A stretch of DNA of 31,448 nucleotides. Origin: a virus. Its lineage: Duplodnaviria; Caudoviricetes. The stretch lies in IMG/VR virus record IMGVR_UViG_3300012971_000060, positions 1 to 31,448 of that record; one strand, 5' to 3'. This document shows positions 10,165-22,559 of this stretch, piece after piece; the first letter of the stretch is position 1, and each line of letters starts with the position of its first letter. The notes beneath the pieces are model-generated. The model saw only the letters and a list, made by a program, of their open reading frames with translations, had not been told where the DNA came from and made no database searches. A program made the translations under genes and the position numbers.

Positions 10165-10674
10165 TTACGTGCCCGCTTCTTCCGGCGTCCCCAATTGCTG
10201 ATCGAACGGCAGATAATATTTCCAATAAAAGTCCGGCGCCTCCTGCTGGTTGTTCTGGAAGTCGATCGCATTGATCCTTCGCACGAGCGCGCGCTGCTTT
10301 CGATCGGTATCCTCGGGATCGTTCTGGTTCTTCCAATCGTGGTGATAGACATAACCGCTCATGTTGAGGACTGCGATCTGCGTCCAAGCCGGAAACTCGT
10401 TGTAATAGGTGTTGCCGGTGGCACGGAAGAACGTCGGCGGTGGATTATAAACGTTGTTGATCGTGGTATTGACCAGCAGCTGTCGCAGCACGCTGCGCAT
10501 CACATTGACGGTGCGGATGAGCGTCGGCAGATCCATCGCCGGCGGGATGGCCTGAAACTTCGGCGCCGCCTGCAGCGCCCCGCTGCCGTTTCCCGGCGCC
10601 GCGCCGGCGCCGACCTTGATCGCGGTGGCATAAGGGATCTGACTATGACTGATCGGACAAGCGGGTGCAGTCAT
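10165..10674 (-). CDS. Tail-associated hypothetical protein, paralogue C (APxCPIS family)
   Basis: ATG 10674; motifs APACPIS, IPPAMDLP and TINNVY shared with the two upstream genes. Confidence 0.7.
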   Translation of the reverse strand: MTAPACPISHSQIPYATAIKVGAGAAPGNGSGALQAAPKFQAIPPAMDLPTLIRTVNVMRSVLRQLLVNTTINNVYNPPPTFFRATGNTYYNEFPAWTQIAVLNMSGYVYHHDWKNQNDPEDTDRKQRALVRRINAIDFQNNQQEAPDFYWKYYLPFDQQLGTPEEAGT

Positions 10675-10676
10675 GA

Positions 10677-11198
10677 TCAAGCTCCAGAAGCAATTTCTTC
10701 CGCGGTCTTAGTCCCGCGCACCACCCGCACGCCTTCGCCTTTGTCGCCATACATCCAAGTCAGGTACGTCTTCCAATCCTTGTCGTACCACACCATACGC
10801 TCGATGCGCTCCATGATGACCCAGACGTCCTCGTTTCTCTTTCCGTTATCATCCTTGGCATAGTACTTGTACCGACGCTTGACCCGCTTGCTAGTCTGCT
10901 CGACCCAGCGTGCGGTCTTGATTTTATACTTGTCAGGAGCAACCGCTGTGTGGGGCTCGAATTTTTTGCCGAAGGTATGGCTATAGACGTTGTTGATAGT
11001 CTTCTTTTGTGTAATGGACTGCACGATATTACGTGCAATGTTGGCGGCATTGAGCGCCGAAGGCAGATCGAACGCGCGCGGGATCGCCGGACGCACGAAC
11101 TGTGGGCGTCCGAAAAGATGCGGCGCCTGCATCTCCGGCAGCGGGCTATCCCGGCTGATCGGACAGGTCGGCGCGACAGGACCAAAATAGACCGGCAT
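10677..11198 (-). CDS. Tail-associated hypothetical protein, paralogue B (APxCPIS family)
   Basis: Motifs APTCPIS, IPRAFDLPSA and TINNVY. Confidence 0.7.
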   Translation of the reverse strand: MPVYFGPVAPTCPISRDSPLPEMQAPHLFGRPQFVRPAIPRAFDLPSALNAANIARNIVQSITQKKTINNVYSHTFGKKFEPHTAVAPDKYKIKTARWVEQTSKRVKRRYKYYAKDDNGKRNEDVWVIMERIERMVWYDKDWKTYLTWMYGDKGEGVRVVRGTKTAEEIASGA

Positions 11199-11201
11199 GC
11201 A

Positions 11202-11669
11202 TCACCCCATTACATCATCTGATCCTTCGTACATCAACAGATCGCCAGTATTAGCGTTGTTGAAATCGACCCTGGTGAGAACCTTGATTGCAACTTTTTG
11301 CTCCGTATCGTCCGGATTGACGACATGACGGGTTTCGTATTCGCGATTCTCCTCGATCCAATCTGCACGTATATAGCCAGGATTGTGATCTATCCCCTGC
11401 AGCAGCACCGAGCCGCCTCCCGGAATGACCGTGTTGTTGAGTATTGGCGCGCTGTGGGTGATCTGGGTGATGATGTTGTTCATGATGTTGAGCGCGCGGA
11501 TTGCCGATGGCAAATCGACCGCGATCGGAATTGAATTTATATGATGCTGCAGCGAATACGGCCGCGCGAACTGATATGGATCGAGACCCTTCCCGCCGGG
11601 ATGATAGAGCGGTGCATCCGGCGATATGGCGTTGGAGTAGCTGATCGGACACGAGGGAGCATTAGACAC
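11202..11669 (-). CDS. Tail-associated hypothetical protein, paralogue A (APxCPIS family)
   Basis: Motifs APSCPIS, IPIAVDLPSA and ILNN; overlaps the upstream stop. Confidence 0.7.
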   Translation of the reverse strand: MSNAPSCPISYSNAISPDAPLYHPGGKGLDPYQFARPYSLQHHINSIPIAVDLPSAIRALNIMNNIITQITHSAPILNNTVIPGGGSVLLQGIDHNPGYIRADWIEENREYETRHVVNPDDTEQKVAIKVLTRVDFNNANTGDLLMYEGSDDVMG

Positions 11670-13959
11670 CGGCCAACTCCTTCACTGATGTGGCGACCTG
11701 CAAATTCGAGACGTTGATTCTTCCCTCGATCTCGAACGACCACTGCTCGCCCTTGATGCCGGAGAAGATCCGCAGGAGCTCGCCGCTCTTTCGGATCTCG
11801 CGCGTGGTCCAGAGCGCGTCATCAACATAGATCCGCACGATGCCGTACTGATTATTCCCAAGAACCGTCTGTGGAAAGGTCACGTCACGCGCCACCTGCG
11901 GCGGCGTGGTGTCGGGCACCTCGAAGAAGACCCGCATGGCCGCGAAGTTGCGCCGCGCCAACTGCTGATAGGTCTTCGAGCGCCAGATATAGGGCACGAT
12001 GATCGGATGCTGATCGGTGAAGTCGTAGTAATAAATGCCGCCGTTCTGCACCAGCACGCAGATGCCGGTCCAGGCGTCGAGCTCGACGTTGACGATGTCG
12101 AAGCCATTCGGTGTGGTGAGATTATTGTAACCCAATCTATGGCCACCGGCCTGCGGCCAGATCGTGAACGAGGTCTTGTCCTCGGACGAGAGCTCGACGG
12201 TGAAGCCATCACGGATCGGACCGCCGGGGTTACGCACGCCGAAGGCAAAATAGCTGGTCGCGTGCTTGACCGCCCGCACGCGCTGCTGCGGGGTGAGCGA
12301 CTGCCACTTCTCACGCGTGATCCAGCCCTCGGTGACGTTGAGACCAGAGCCGGACTGGCTGATCTGGATGAGGCCGTTCTGACTGACGTACAAGACTGCG
12401 GTGTCGGTGGCGACGATCGACGCCCGGTGCAAGCACGGTTCCGGCAGATTGACCTTGGTCGACGCCATGGATGCCGGATTGACGCCATTGATCATATACG
12501 GCGTGCCCTGCGTACAGACGATGATCGACTGGCCGGCAACGCCGATGCCGACGATGGGAAACTCCGTCGTTAAAACGTATCCAGGCGGCCACGCGTGCGG
12601 CCGGTAGGCTTCGCTGAACCATATTTCGTTCGAGCGGAAGCCGACCGCGATGCCATTGGGAAAGGCGTGGATCGCCTGCATGTCCTCCGGCGGTCCGTAC
12701 CAGTAAAGCGACACCAGCTGCGCGTTGAGCGCGATCACGTCGTCGCCGATATTGTCGACATACGTCCCCTGCGACACCGGGATCTCGGCGACGAGGAAGT
12801 ACGTCCCCATGCCGGACTGGTTGGAGATGGTGCGGTAGATGCGGGTGAAGGCGATGTTGCGATCAGCCGGCTTCATCGTGTTGTCGGCCGGATCGAGCCA
12901 ATCCGCGCCCATATTGCTGGGCGTGGGCTGGAATAGCGAGATGGTCCAGTTCGCGTTCGACCAGCCGTTCACGACCACGGGAGAAGACGGCGGACCTTCC
13001 TCGCCATATGCAGTAACCCAAGTGTAAACATAACCCCTCGCTTCGAAGATCGATGCGCCCAGAAGATTGGCCCAGATCCGATACGTCGCTTGCGGCAGCG
13101 ACACGTTCAATGGATCGGGCGGTGCGTTGGAGTAAGTCGCCGAATAGCCGCGGCTCTTGAGGCTGCTATTGGCGTTCTCCAGATTGTAAGGTGCATCGGT
13201 CATGATACCGACCCAGTAAGTCACGTTCGAGATGACCGACACACCATTAGTAATGACCGACGTATTTGCACTTCCCAAAGCGGCAGGGGTCGACACACCT
13301 TCACCGAGCAGCTGATAGGGCGCGCCGTTGAGATCGCTATAGACCACACCCCTGAAATTGACCGGCGAACCGACGTCATTGGGAGCAAACGACACGCTCT
13401 GGATAATCATCGTTCCCGAAGGAACGATCGGCACGAACAAGATGTAATTGCCGGGGACATACTGGAAGCCGGTGCTGGTCGTAGGATCGACCGTAGGGGC
13501 GCCCAGCGTGATGGTGTCACCGCCGCCATCGACCACCACACCAGGCGGACAGCCAGACGCCGGCACGCCCAGAATCCAATCGTGCTGGTCGTTAAAAATA
13601 CGATCGTAGGTATTGTAGCGCGGCACCGACGAAGGGCTCGCCCAATAGAAACGATCGTACTGATCCTGCACCACCGGCGAATGCATGACCGTGGTGTCGG
13701 GGTCGGCGAACTCGAGCCACTTGGAGTCGCTCGCCGTAATCGCGGTGTTGTTAGTAACCTTGTTGGGGACGCGGTAGACAAACTGCTTGGTGCTATCACG
13801 CAGCCAATGCAACAGCTTGGGCTGGCGCCAACCAATCAGTGAGCCGCTGAACAAATAACAATCGCGGGAGTAAGACGCTTGCCCTTCAGGCAGCAGTCGT
13901 GGATCCCAAGCGGGAAGCTAAAGCATCCCGCCGTACTTATCGAGTTTCAGTGCGGACAT
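11662..13959 (-). CDS. Tail tubular/nozzle (head-stabilisation) protein with an in-frame TAG at codon 14 (13918-13920)
   Basis: Strong SD (GAGAGGAGG) and ATG at 13959 are in frame with the 730-aa ORF, giving MSALKLDKYGGML*LPAWDPRLLPEGQA... Motifs YVYTWVTAYGEEGPPS, RIYRT, EIWFSEAYRPHAWP and WRSK resemble podovirus tail tube B/nozzle proteins. The TTG start at 13854 in the ORF track has no SD. Confidence 0.7.
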
Positions 13960-14435
13960 GGGATGCTACCTCCTCTCTCCAAATATTCTGCGCACCGCCG
14001 AAGACGTCTTGGATCGTCATCCGCACAGCCCAGCGTCAGATTACACGCATGGCAGAGAATACCGCGAAATTCCCCAGTGTTATGGTTGTGGTCGGTGTGC
14101 CACCCCCACTTCGTACCAGGGTCTTTCGCACCACAAATCTTACAAGATTCTCCTTGCTTGACAAATTCTTTTTGCCACTTCTCCATCGGCTCGTTGCCTT
14201 TTCCCGTCAAACCACACAATCGAAGTGCTTTATTTCGACGATGTAGTTTAGTTTTGTCCGGATTCGCTTTACCCCAATTCCGATTGTAATCAGCATGCGC
14301 GGCACGATGCCGTGCAGTAGCAGCAGTAATCACTGCCTTACCATGTTCAGTTCGATAGTATTCCTGACGAACTCCTTTCAGCCTCGCTTTGTGTTTCAGA
14401 TAATACTGTCGATGATATTCCCCATCGTACGTCAT
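13947..14435 (-). CDS. Free-standing endonuclease VII-like (His-Me finger) putative homing endonuclease
   Basis: CKICG...HTDHNHNTGEFRGILCHACNLTLG matches the EndoVII CxxC...DHxH...RGxLCxxCN signature. Basic N-terminus. ATGA overlap with the upstream gene; its 3' end overlaps the tail gene start. Confidence 0.85.
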   Translation of the reverse strand: MTYDGEYHRQYYLKHKARLKGVRQEYYRTEHGKAVITAATARHRAAHADYNRNWGKANPDKTKLHRRNKALRLCGLTGKGNEPMEKWQKEFVKQGESCKICGAKDPGTKWGWHTDHNHNTGEFRGILCHACNLTLGCADDDPRRLRRCAEYLERGGSIPCPH

Positions 14436-14929
14436 TTCATTCTCGTCGTCGTCTTACTCGTCGGATAAACTTCCTGCTGCGACGGATTGGGATGATGCAC
14501 GGTCTCCGTCGTTCCTAACCGCCTGCGCTCCGCTTCTTCGTACCGACGCGTGGCCTCGCGATTGCGCTCTTGCTCTTCGATCGCTCGCGCCACCGCCGCC
14601 TTGCCGGCCTCGACCTCGGCATTGTACGCCCTATCGGCCGCTTCAGTACGGTGATAATTCAAGCTCCAATCGATCTCTTTCGGCTTTCGATCGCGCAGCT
14701 TGCGAATGCGCTCGAGCAACATCTCGCGGGTCTCGCCGTCACGCACGAACCCCACTTGAAAGTCTAGCTGCTGGCTCTCGAGCTCCCGCGCTTTACGTTC
14801 CCGCTCTTCTTGTGCCAGCGCTTCCTGCTGCTTTCGAGCTTCTTCATCTGCTTGCTTTTGTACATGCTCTTCGCGCATCCGTTCCAAACGCTCTTCATGA
14901 TGGCTAATCGAGTCAGGTTTCTTGGCCAT
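14432..14929 (-). CDS. Hypothetical charged coiled-coil protein
   Basis: 165 aa, E/R/K-rich, with SD AGGAGG. Confidence 0.7.
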   Translation of the reverse strand: MAKKPDSISHHEERLERMREEHVQKQADEEARKQQEALAQEERERKARELESQQLDFQVGFVRDGETREMLLERIRKLRDRKPKEIDWSLNYHRTEAADRAYNAEVEAGKAAVARAIEEQERNREATRRYEEAERRRLGTTETVHHPNPSQQEVYPTSKTTTRMK

Positions 14930-14937
14930 GAGTCCTC

Positions 14938-15222
14938 CTATGGCGCGATCACGGTGAACTTGATGGTATCGTTTTTAACATTTCCCTGGCTGTCCGTCAG
15001 CTTCAACGTGACGGTCACCTGCTCGCCCAACGTCCCACCCGTGAGATAGAACACCACGTCGGTGCCCAAGATCGTCGGCACCGGCGTGCTGACGGTGCAC
15101 GTCGTCGATGACGACGTCACGCTGACCTGCGCAATCGTCGCAGTGTTGCCCAGCCATTTGTCGTACTGCACGGTCCAGCGCCGAGTATCGCCGACGGTAT
15201 GCAGCTTGCTACCTAGGATCAT
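14938..15222 (-). CDS. Small beta-rich protein, possible fibre-tail adaptor
   Basis: 94 aa with the pattern YDKWL...TI...FYLTGG; located directly after the fibre genes. Confidence 0.55.
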   Translation of the reverse strand: MILGSKLHTVGDTRRWTVQYDKWLGNTATIAQVSVTSSSTTCTVSTPVPTILGTDVVFYLTGGTLGEQVTVTLKLTDSQGNVKNDTIKFTVIAP

Positions 15223-15334
15223 CTGGCACCTCTATTATTCGTAATTCTGCCGGCACGATGATCGTGCGATCCTCGGGCGGCACGACGATCTCGCGATCCT
15301 CGGCGGGAACGATGATGATGTTTTCCTCGAGCAT
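15209..15334 (-). CDS. 41-aa microprotein with about four IxVPxEDR repeats
   Basis: Manual translation: MLEENIIIVPAEDREIVVPPEDRTIIVPAELRIIEVPDDPR*. TGATG-coupled to the upstream gene; below the ORF-track cutoff. Confidence 0.7.
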   Translation of the reverse strand: MLEENIIIVPAEDREIVVPPEDRTIIVPAELRIIEVPDDPR

Positions 15335-15732
15335 CAGTAGATTTCCTTGATGACGATGATGCCCGCTGCGCCATTGCCGCCAACAGTCGCGCCAGCAGTG
15401 CCACCAACACCGCCCGCGCCTATAGCGTAACTGTACGATGCGGCTGGATTGTTAATGATGGCCCAAATCGTAGCTCCAGCACCGCCACCAGCACCGCCCC
15501 AATTACCGCTAACAGCCGCACTGCCCCCGCCACCGCCGCTACCACTATTTGCTGCAATTAGATTCGCACTCGGCACATATGTGCCGCTCGCGGTGAAGGT
15601 CTGCACACCAACTCGCGTCGTTCCACCGCCGGGAGTTTGCGCTGTCCACTTCGTGCCATCCCATTTCCACGTCACGCCCGCAGCTGTGAAAGTCTGGCCG
15701 GTGGTCGGAGAGTTGGGGAAGTCGATTGCCAT
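15334..15732 (-). CDS. Short glycine-rich fibre-like protein, apparently internally deleted
   Basis: N-terminus MAIDFPNSPTTGQTF...WKWDGTKW plus a partial glycine-rich domain paralogous to the C-terminus of the upstream gene. Confidence 0.65.
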   Translation of the reverse strand: MAIDFPNSPTTGQTFTAAGVTWKWDGTKWTAQTPGGGTTRVGVQTFTASGTYVPSANLIAANSGSGGGGGSAAVSGNWGGAGGGAGATIWAIINNPAASYSYAIGAGGVGGTAGATVGGNGAAGIIVIKEIY

Positions 15733-15733
15733 G

Positions 15734-18789
<3,056 letters not shown>

Positions 18790-18798
18790 CTTCGCACC

Positions 18799-18954
18799 TC
18801 ACACGAAGGAATGGATCGCGAAGACCGATGACGAAGGCGGCGATCTCACAATGCCGATATTCGACACGGCTTGCGTTTTGCCAGTACCCGGATCCGTCGT
18901 GATAACTGATCCGATTCCAGCCCGTGATGCACTAAGAACCTGCGTCTTGTTCAT
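18799..18954 (-). CDS. Hypothetical 51-aa protein
   Basis: ATG 18954 overlaps the upstream TGA (ATGA); sequence begins MNKTQVLSAS; fills the gap between two genes. Confidence 0.55.
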   Translation of the reverse strand: MNKTQVLSASRAGIGSVITTDPGTGKTQAVSNIGIVRSPPSSSVFAIHSFV

Positions 18955-21083
18955 GTAATCTTGACCTGTGGGTTGACCCAAACCGTCGCGAACGCCTTCA
19001 TCAGTCGCACCAAAGCACGCACCCGCCCTGCGACCTGTGGCGTAAAGCTCACCTGCAAGAACTGCTTATTCATGCTGAAGAAGGAATTCCAAGCCGAGAA
19101 GCCACTCGGTATCGTCTGCGTGAACGCCGCGGCGCCAAAATTACCGATCGCCACCGAGCTCAACGCATTGAACACTGCGACCGGAAAACCACCTGTACCA
19201 ACAAGCGCAGGTGCAATCGAGAAGCCGCCGACCCCGGTTGCTGGATTGGCGGTGCCCGATCCATTCCAATTGCCACCATTGAGCCGCGCCCACCCCAGTT
19301 GCGCACCAAAATCAAAAGCGAAGCAAATCGTGTTTGCTCCAATTGTGCCAATATTGCCTACGTTGGTGTTGTTGATCCAAATATTTCCATTCTGCTGCAC
19401 CAAAAAATAGTAAGTGCTGTCATTGTTAACTAACGGCGCTGTCGCCGTGCAAATGCCGGCGCCGAAACCTGCTCCTGGCGTGCTCCAAGAAACTTCAAAA
19501 TACGCCTTGCCAGAGGTCAACCCGTTGGTCGCGCGCACGCCAACCTGGCTCGTTCCCGCCGTCGACGTAGCAAAAAGATTACCGTTGGATAAATTGACGC
19601 CGGCAGATTTATCGCTTGGATTCCACGTCGTCAGCGCTGCAGCCGGCATATTGTTCCAAATGCCGGCAGAAATCGGCAGTGCTGTGACAATACCCAATGC
19701 TCCCGGCGCGCTATCAATGAAACTACCAAGCGTCGATCCGACCGTACCTTCATATTCAAGCAATACGCCGATATCAGCATTGGTGAGCACTCCCGATGTC
19801 GAAAGGATCTCAACGGTCGCCGTGCGCGATCCAAGCAAGATATTTTCGGCGTCAAACTGAAAACAAGTCACTGGCATCACCAGCGTATCTGCATTGCTGC
19901 TGGCGATCATCTTCAAACTAAATGGCCCTACATCATCGAATGCACCGCCAGCAAAGACCGTATTACGATCGGAAACCGTCCGCCCTGCTTGCGTCCAGCG
20001 CTCGTTGATCACGTTGGTGCCATCCCAGCAATTGACCAACTCGACTTCGTCTTGCGAACTCGGACTGCCCGATGGCGACGTGGTGGGAAAGCGAACAACG
20101 GCTGGTGCGATCAAACAGCTGTCCATTAACAGCTTGAAAGGAAGCGTTTGAGGAGTAAAAAGACTGCCTGTAACGTTGCTGAAATCCACACCTCGACATG
20201 TCACCAACAGCGCGCTATAACTGCCATTATTCATGAATGGTGTGGTCGGTGGCGTACCTTGAAACGCAGATGGTGTATTGATCCACACAAACTCGAATGG
20301 CGCACTACCATTCAACATTATCTGATGCGCCGCATTAGCGAACTGAACAACGGTATTGTCAAATACAATCCTTCCCTGTGTTTGAAACCAAATCGTTGGC
20401 GCCGACGCTGCGCTCGTCAATTGAAAAATACAGTTCTTGAAATAGTAATTTCTCCGTCCGTAATAACCAAACTGAAGCGCTCCAGCAGTTGTGATCGCAT
20501 CGATAAATTTGAACCCCTGCCAATAGACATCACAGATCGCATCCAGATTAAGCGCCGATCCTACATTGGAAATTGTCGCGCCAGCCAAATAATCAGAAGC
20601 GACAGGAGGCACCGAACCGGTACGGTTCACCGAAATGACTTGCACTTGCCCGAAAGCAAATCCGGACAAACCATGAAAAGAATAACACAGAGTGCTGCCG
20701 CCTGTATAAGTCTCGTTATGATCGCTGGAAACAAAAATCCGATCGCCTACAACACCTCTGCCATAGGATGTGCCGCCATACCCACCGTTAGAACTAAAAG
20801 TCATAACGGTACCACCGGCTGCCCCCCAGCCATAAGCACTCTGCCCCGTCACATTGGTGAACGTCACACCGCCCGTGGTGACAGTTCCATTGTTCTGAGC
20901 CGGCGTGGAACTAGTCCAAGTCGGTTCAGCACCCGAAGTCCCTGCAGTCGTGCAACGAAACACAAACGACGCATTGAACGCCGGCGCCGAGGGCTTGATG
21001 AGATCGCCAACGCTATAGACATGGCTCGGCTGGAACGCCGCAATCGCCGCGTAAGCTACCGACGATATGTACCAATCAGCCAT
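18951..21083 (-). CDS. Tail/fibre-associated protein with a SPRY/ConA-like domain near the C-terminus
   Basis: TWNPSDK...LSNGNL...VRATNG...GKAYFEV...NFGAAAF...PSGF follows the SPRY pattern. N-terminal FRCTTAGTSGAEPTW motif is typical of fibre proteins. Confidence 0.65.
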   Translation of the reverse strand: MADWYISSVAYAAIAAFQPSHVYSVGDLIKPSAPAFNASFVFRCTTAGTSGAEPTWTSSTPAQNNGTVTTGGVTFTNVTGQSAYGWGAAGGTVMTFSSNGGYGGTSYGRGVVGDRIFVSSDHNETYTGGSTLCYSFHGLSGFAFGQVQVISVNRTGSVPPVASDYLAGATISNVGSALNLDAICDVYWQGFKFIDAITTAGALQFGYYGRRNYYFKNCIFQLTSAASAPTIWFQTQGRIVFDNTVVQFANAAHQIMLNGSAPFEFVWINTPSAFQGTPPTTPFMNNGSYSALLVTCRGVDFSNVTGSLFTPQTLPFKLLMDSCLIAPAVVRFPTTSPSGSPSSQDEVELVNCWDGTNVINERWTQAGRTVSDRNTVFAGGAFDDVGPFSLKMIASSNADTLVMPVTCFQFDAENILLGSRTATVEILSTSGVLTNADIGVLLEYEGTVGSTLGSFIDSAPGALGIVTALPISAGIWNNMPAAALTTWNPSDKSAGVNLSNGNLFATSTAGTSQVGVRATNGLTSGKAYFEVSWSTPGAGFGAGICTATAPLVNNDSTYYFLVQQNGNIWINNTNVGNIGTIGANTICFAFDFGAQLGWARLNGGNWNGSGTANPATGVGGFSIAPALVGTGGFPVAVFNALSSVAIGNFGAAAFTQTIPSGFSAWNSFFSMNKQFLQVSFTPQVAGRVRALVRLMKAFATVWVNPQVKIT

Positions 21084-22465
21084 TACTGCAACGCCTTCAC
21101 GCTGTACGAATAGATCCCGTTACATCCCCACATCATCAGTGCGAACTTGTGCCCAGCAATCGTGGTGAATGCATCTCCTGGATTACCGACCGTCCAACCA
21201 GGGAATGTGATTGCGCCCGCACCAGTCTGATTGAAGATCATCAAGATGCAGCTGCCAGCCTGCGATGGCGCGCCAATCGTGAACGCACCGGCGTTATTGA
21301 CCCACTGGATTGGATTGAGCGAGAAGTCGACCGTGAAACTTCCAGTCGGATATTGATACGGCGTCGAATACACACCACCAGATAAATTCTGCCCGGTTGC
21401 GCCAAGCAACATCGCACCGCTCGATGAACCGGTTGGTCCAGTCGCGCCGGTATTTGTTGCAGTTCCAGGCGGCCCGGTGGGACCCGTGCCTAATGGACCT
21501 GTGACGCCCGTCGGCCCTGTAAATCCTATAGGACCAACAGCACCCACTGATCCTGTTGCACCTGTCGCACCAGTATTCGTCGCACTTCCTGGCGCTCCCG
21601 TTGGACCACTCGACTGCACCGTCTCGATCGCGAAATACGAATCGAGCGCGACGATCGTAGCGTTCACCGTATTGTACTGAAAAATGAGAACTTCAAAATA
21701 ATCGCCAGCGATAACTGGAATGGGACCAGAAACCAGCGTGAGCCACGATTCAGTAAACTGACCGCCAGTGATCTGCCCAGTACGGCCAGGCCAACCAAAT
21801 TCAATACCATTCTTGTAAAATTGAATGTGTGCGCCTTGGCCAGACGTCGCCACGTTGGTTAAACGAATGCTCGCAGACACCCGCACATAATTGATGCCTA
21901 CCGGTACGGTTAGCCGTGAAGTATTGCTAACTGAATTGTGCCAACCAGCAGTATCGAAAGCCGCACCGCTCCAAGGAACGGTAAACCGCGTGCTAGAATT
22001 GGAAATGTCTTGTCCAGTCAGATCAGCGGCGTTGCGCGCCATGCAGCCATTGAACGAACCAGCACCCGGACCCGTCGGACCCGATGGCCCGGTCGGGCCA
22101 CCCAACGGCCCCGTTGGTCCAACGATGCTTAATCCTTGAGGTCCAGTGGGGCCTGTGAACGCACCGGCGCCCGTCGGCCCGGTTGCTCCCGGCGGCCCTG
22201 GTGCTGTCGGTCCGATAGGCCCTGGCGAGCCCGCTGGTCCAGTTTGGCCTACTGCTCCTGTTGGACCAGTGAACGCACCAGCGCCCGTAGGTCCTGTATA
22301 GCCTGTAGGCCCTGTCGTCGTAGAGCCCGTCGCTCCCGTGCTCCCAAGGCCGGTCGGTCCTGTTGGACCAGAAGGGCCTCCAGATGGTCCAGTAGGTCCC
22401 GTGCCAAAAATTGGAACGACGGGCCAAGCTGCGATGGGGGCCGGATCATTCGAGACAATAGGCAT
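21083..22465 (-). CDS. Collagen-like fibre protein with a central C1q-like beta domain
   Basis: Two GPT collagen blocks flank FDTAGWH...SRLTVP...GDYFEV. ATG 22465 is preferred; GTG 22474 is possible. Confidence 0.75.
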   Translation of the reverse strand: MPIVSNDPAPIAAWPVVPIFGTGPTGPSGGPSGPTGPTGLGSTGATGSTTTGPTGYTGPTGAGAFTGPTGAVGQTGPAGSPGPIGPTAPGPPGATGPTGAGAFTGPTGPQGLSIVGPTGPLGGPTGPSGPTGPGAGSFNGCMARNAADLTGQDISNSSTRFTVPWSGAAFDTAGWHNSVSNTSRLTVPVGINYVRVSASIRLTNVATSGQGAHIQFYKNGIEFGWPGRTGQITGGQFTESWLTLVSGPIPVIAGDYFEVLIFQYNTVNATIVALDSYFAIETVQSSGPTGAPGSATNTGATGATGSVGAVGPIGFTGPTGVTGPLGTGPTGPPGTATNTGATGPTGSSSGAMLLGATGQNLSGGVYSTPYQYPTGSFTVDFSLNPIQWVNNAGAFTIGAPSQAGSCILMIFNQTGAGAITFPGWTVGNPGDAFTTIAGHKFALMMWGCNGIYSYSVKALQ

Positions 22466-22559
22466 CGAAGCCACCCCCAGGGTGTGCTACGATGCGCAAC
22501 GGGATCGATGCAGTAACACCGATCCCGTCACTTGACCTCGAACTGAATGGAACAGTCCG

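Noticed and set aside
13918-13920. Genome-wide TAG reassignment (alternative genetic code) as the explanation for the in-frame stop
   Set aside because: TAG ends several genes at tight junctions (6629, 14938, 15209, 29312, 30019), and I found no other long gene interrupted by TAG.
13947-14435. EndoVII ORF as part of a second group I intron
   Set aside because: It overlaps both neighbours directly, leaving no room for a ribozyme, and no P7-type R/S elements were seen.
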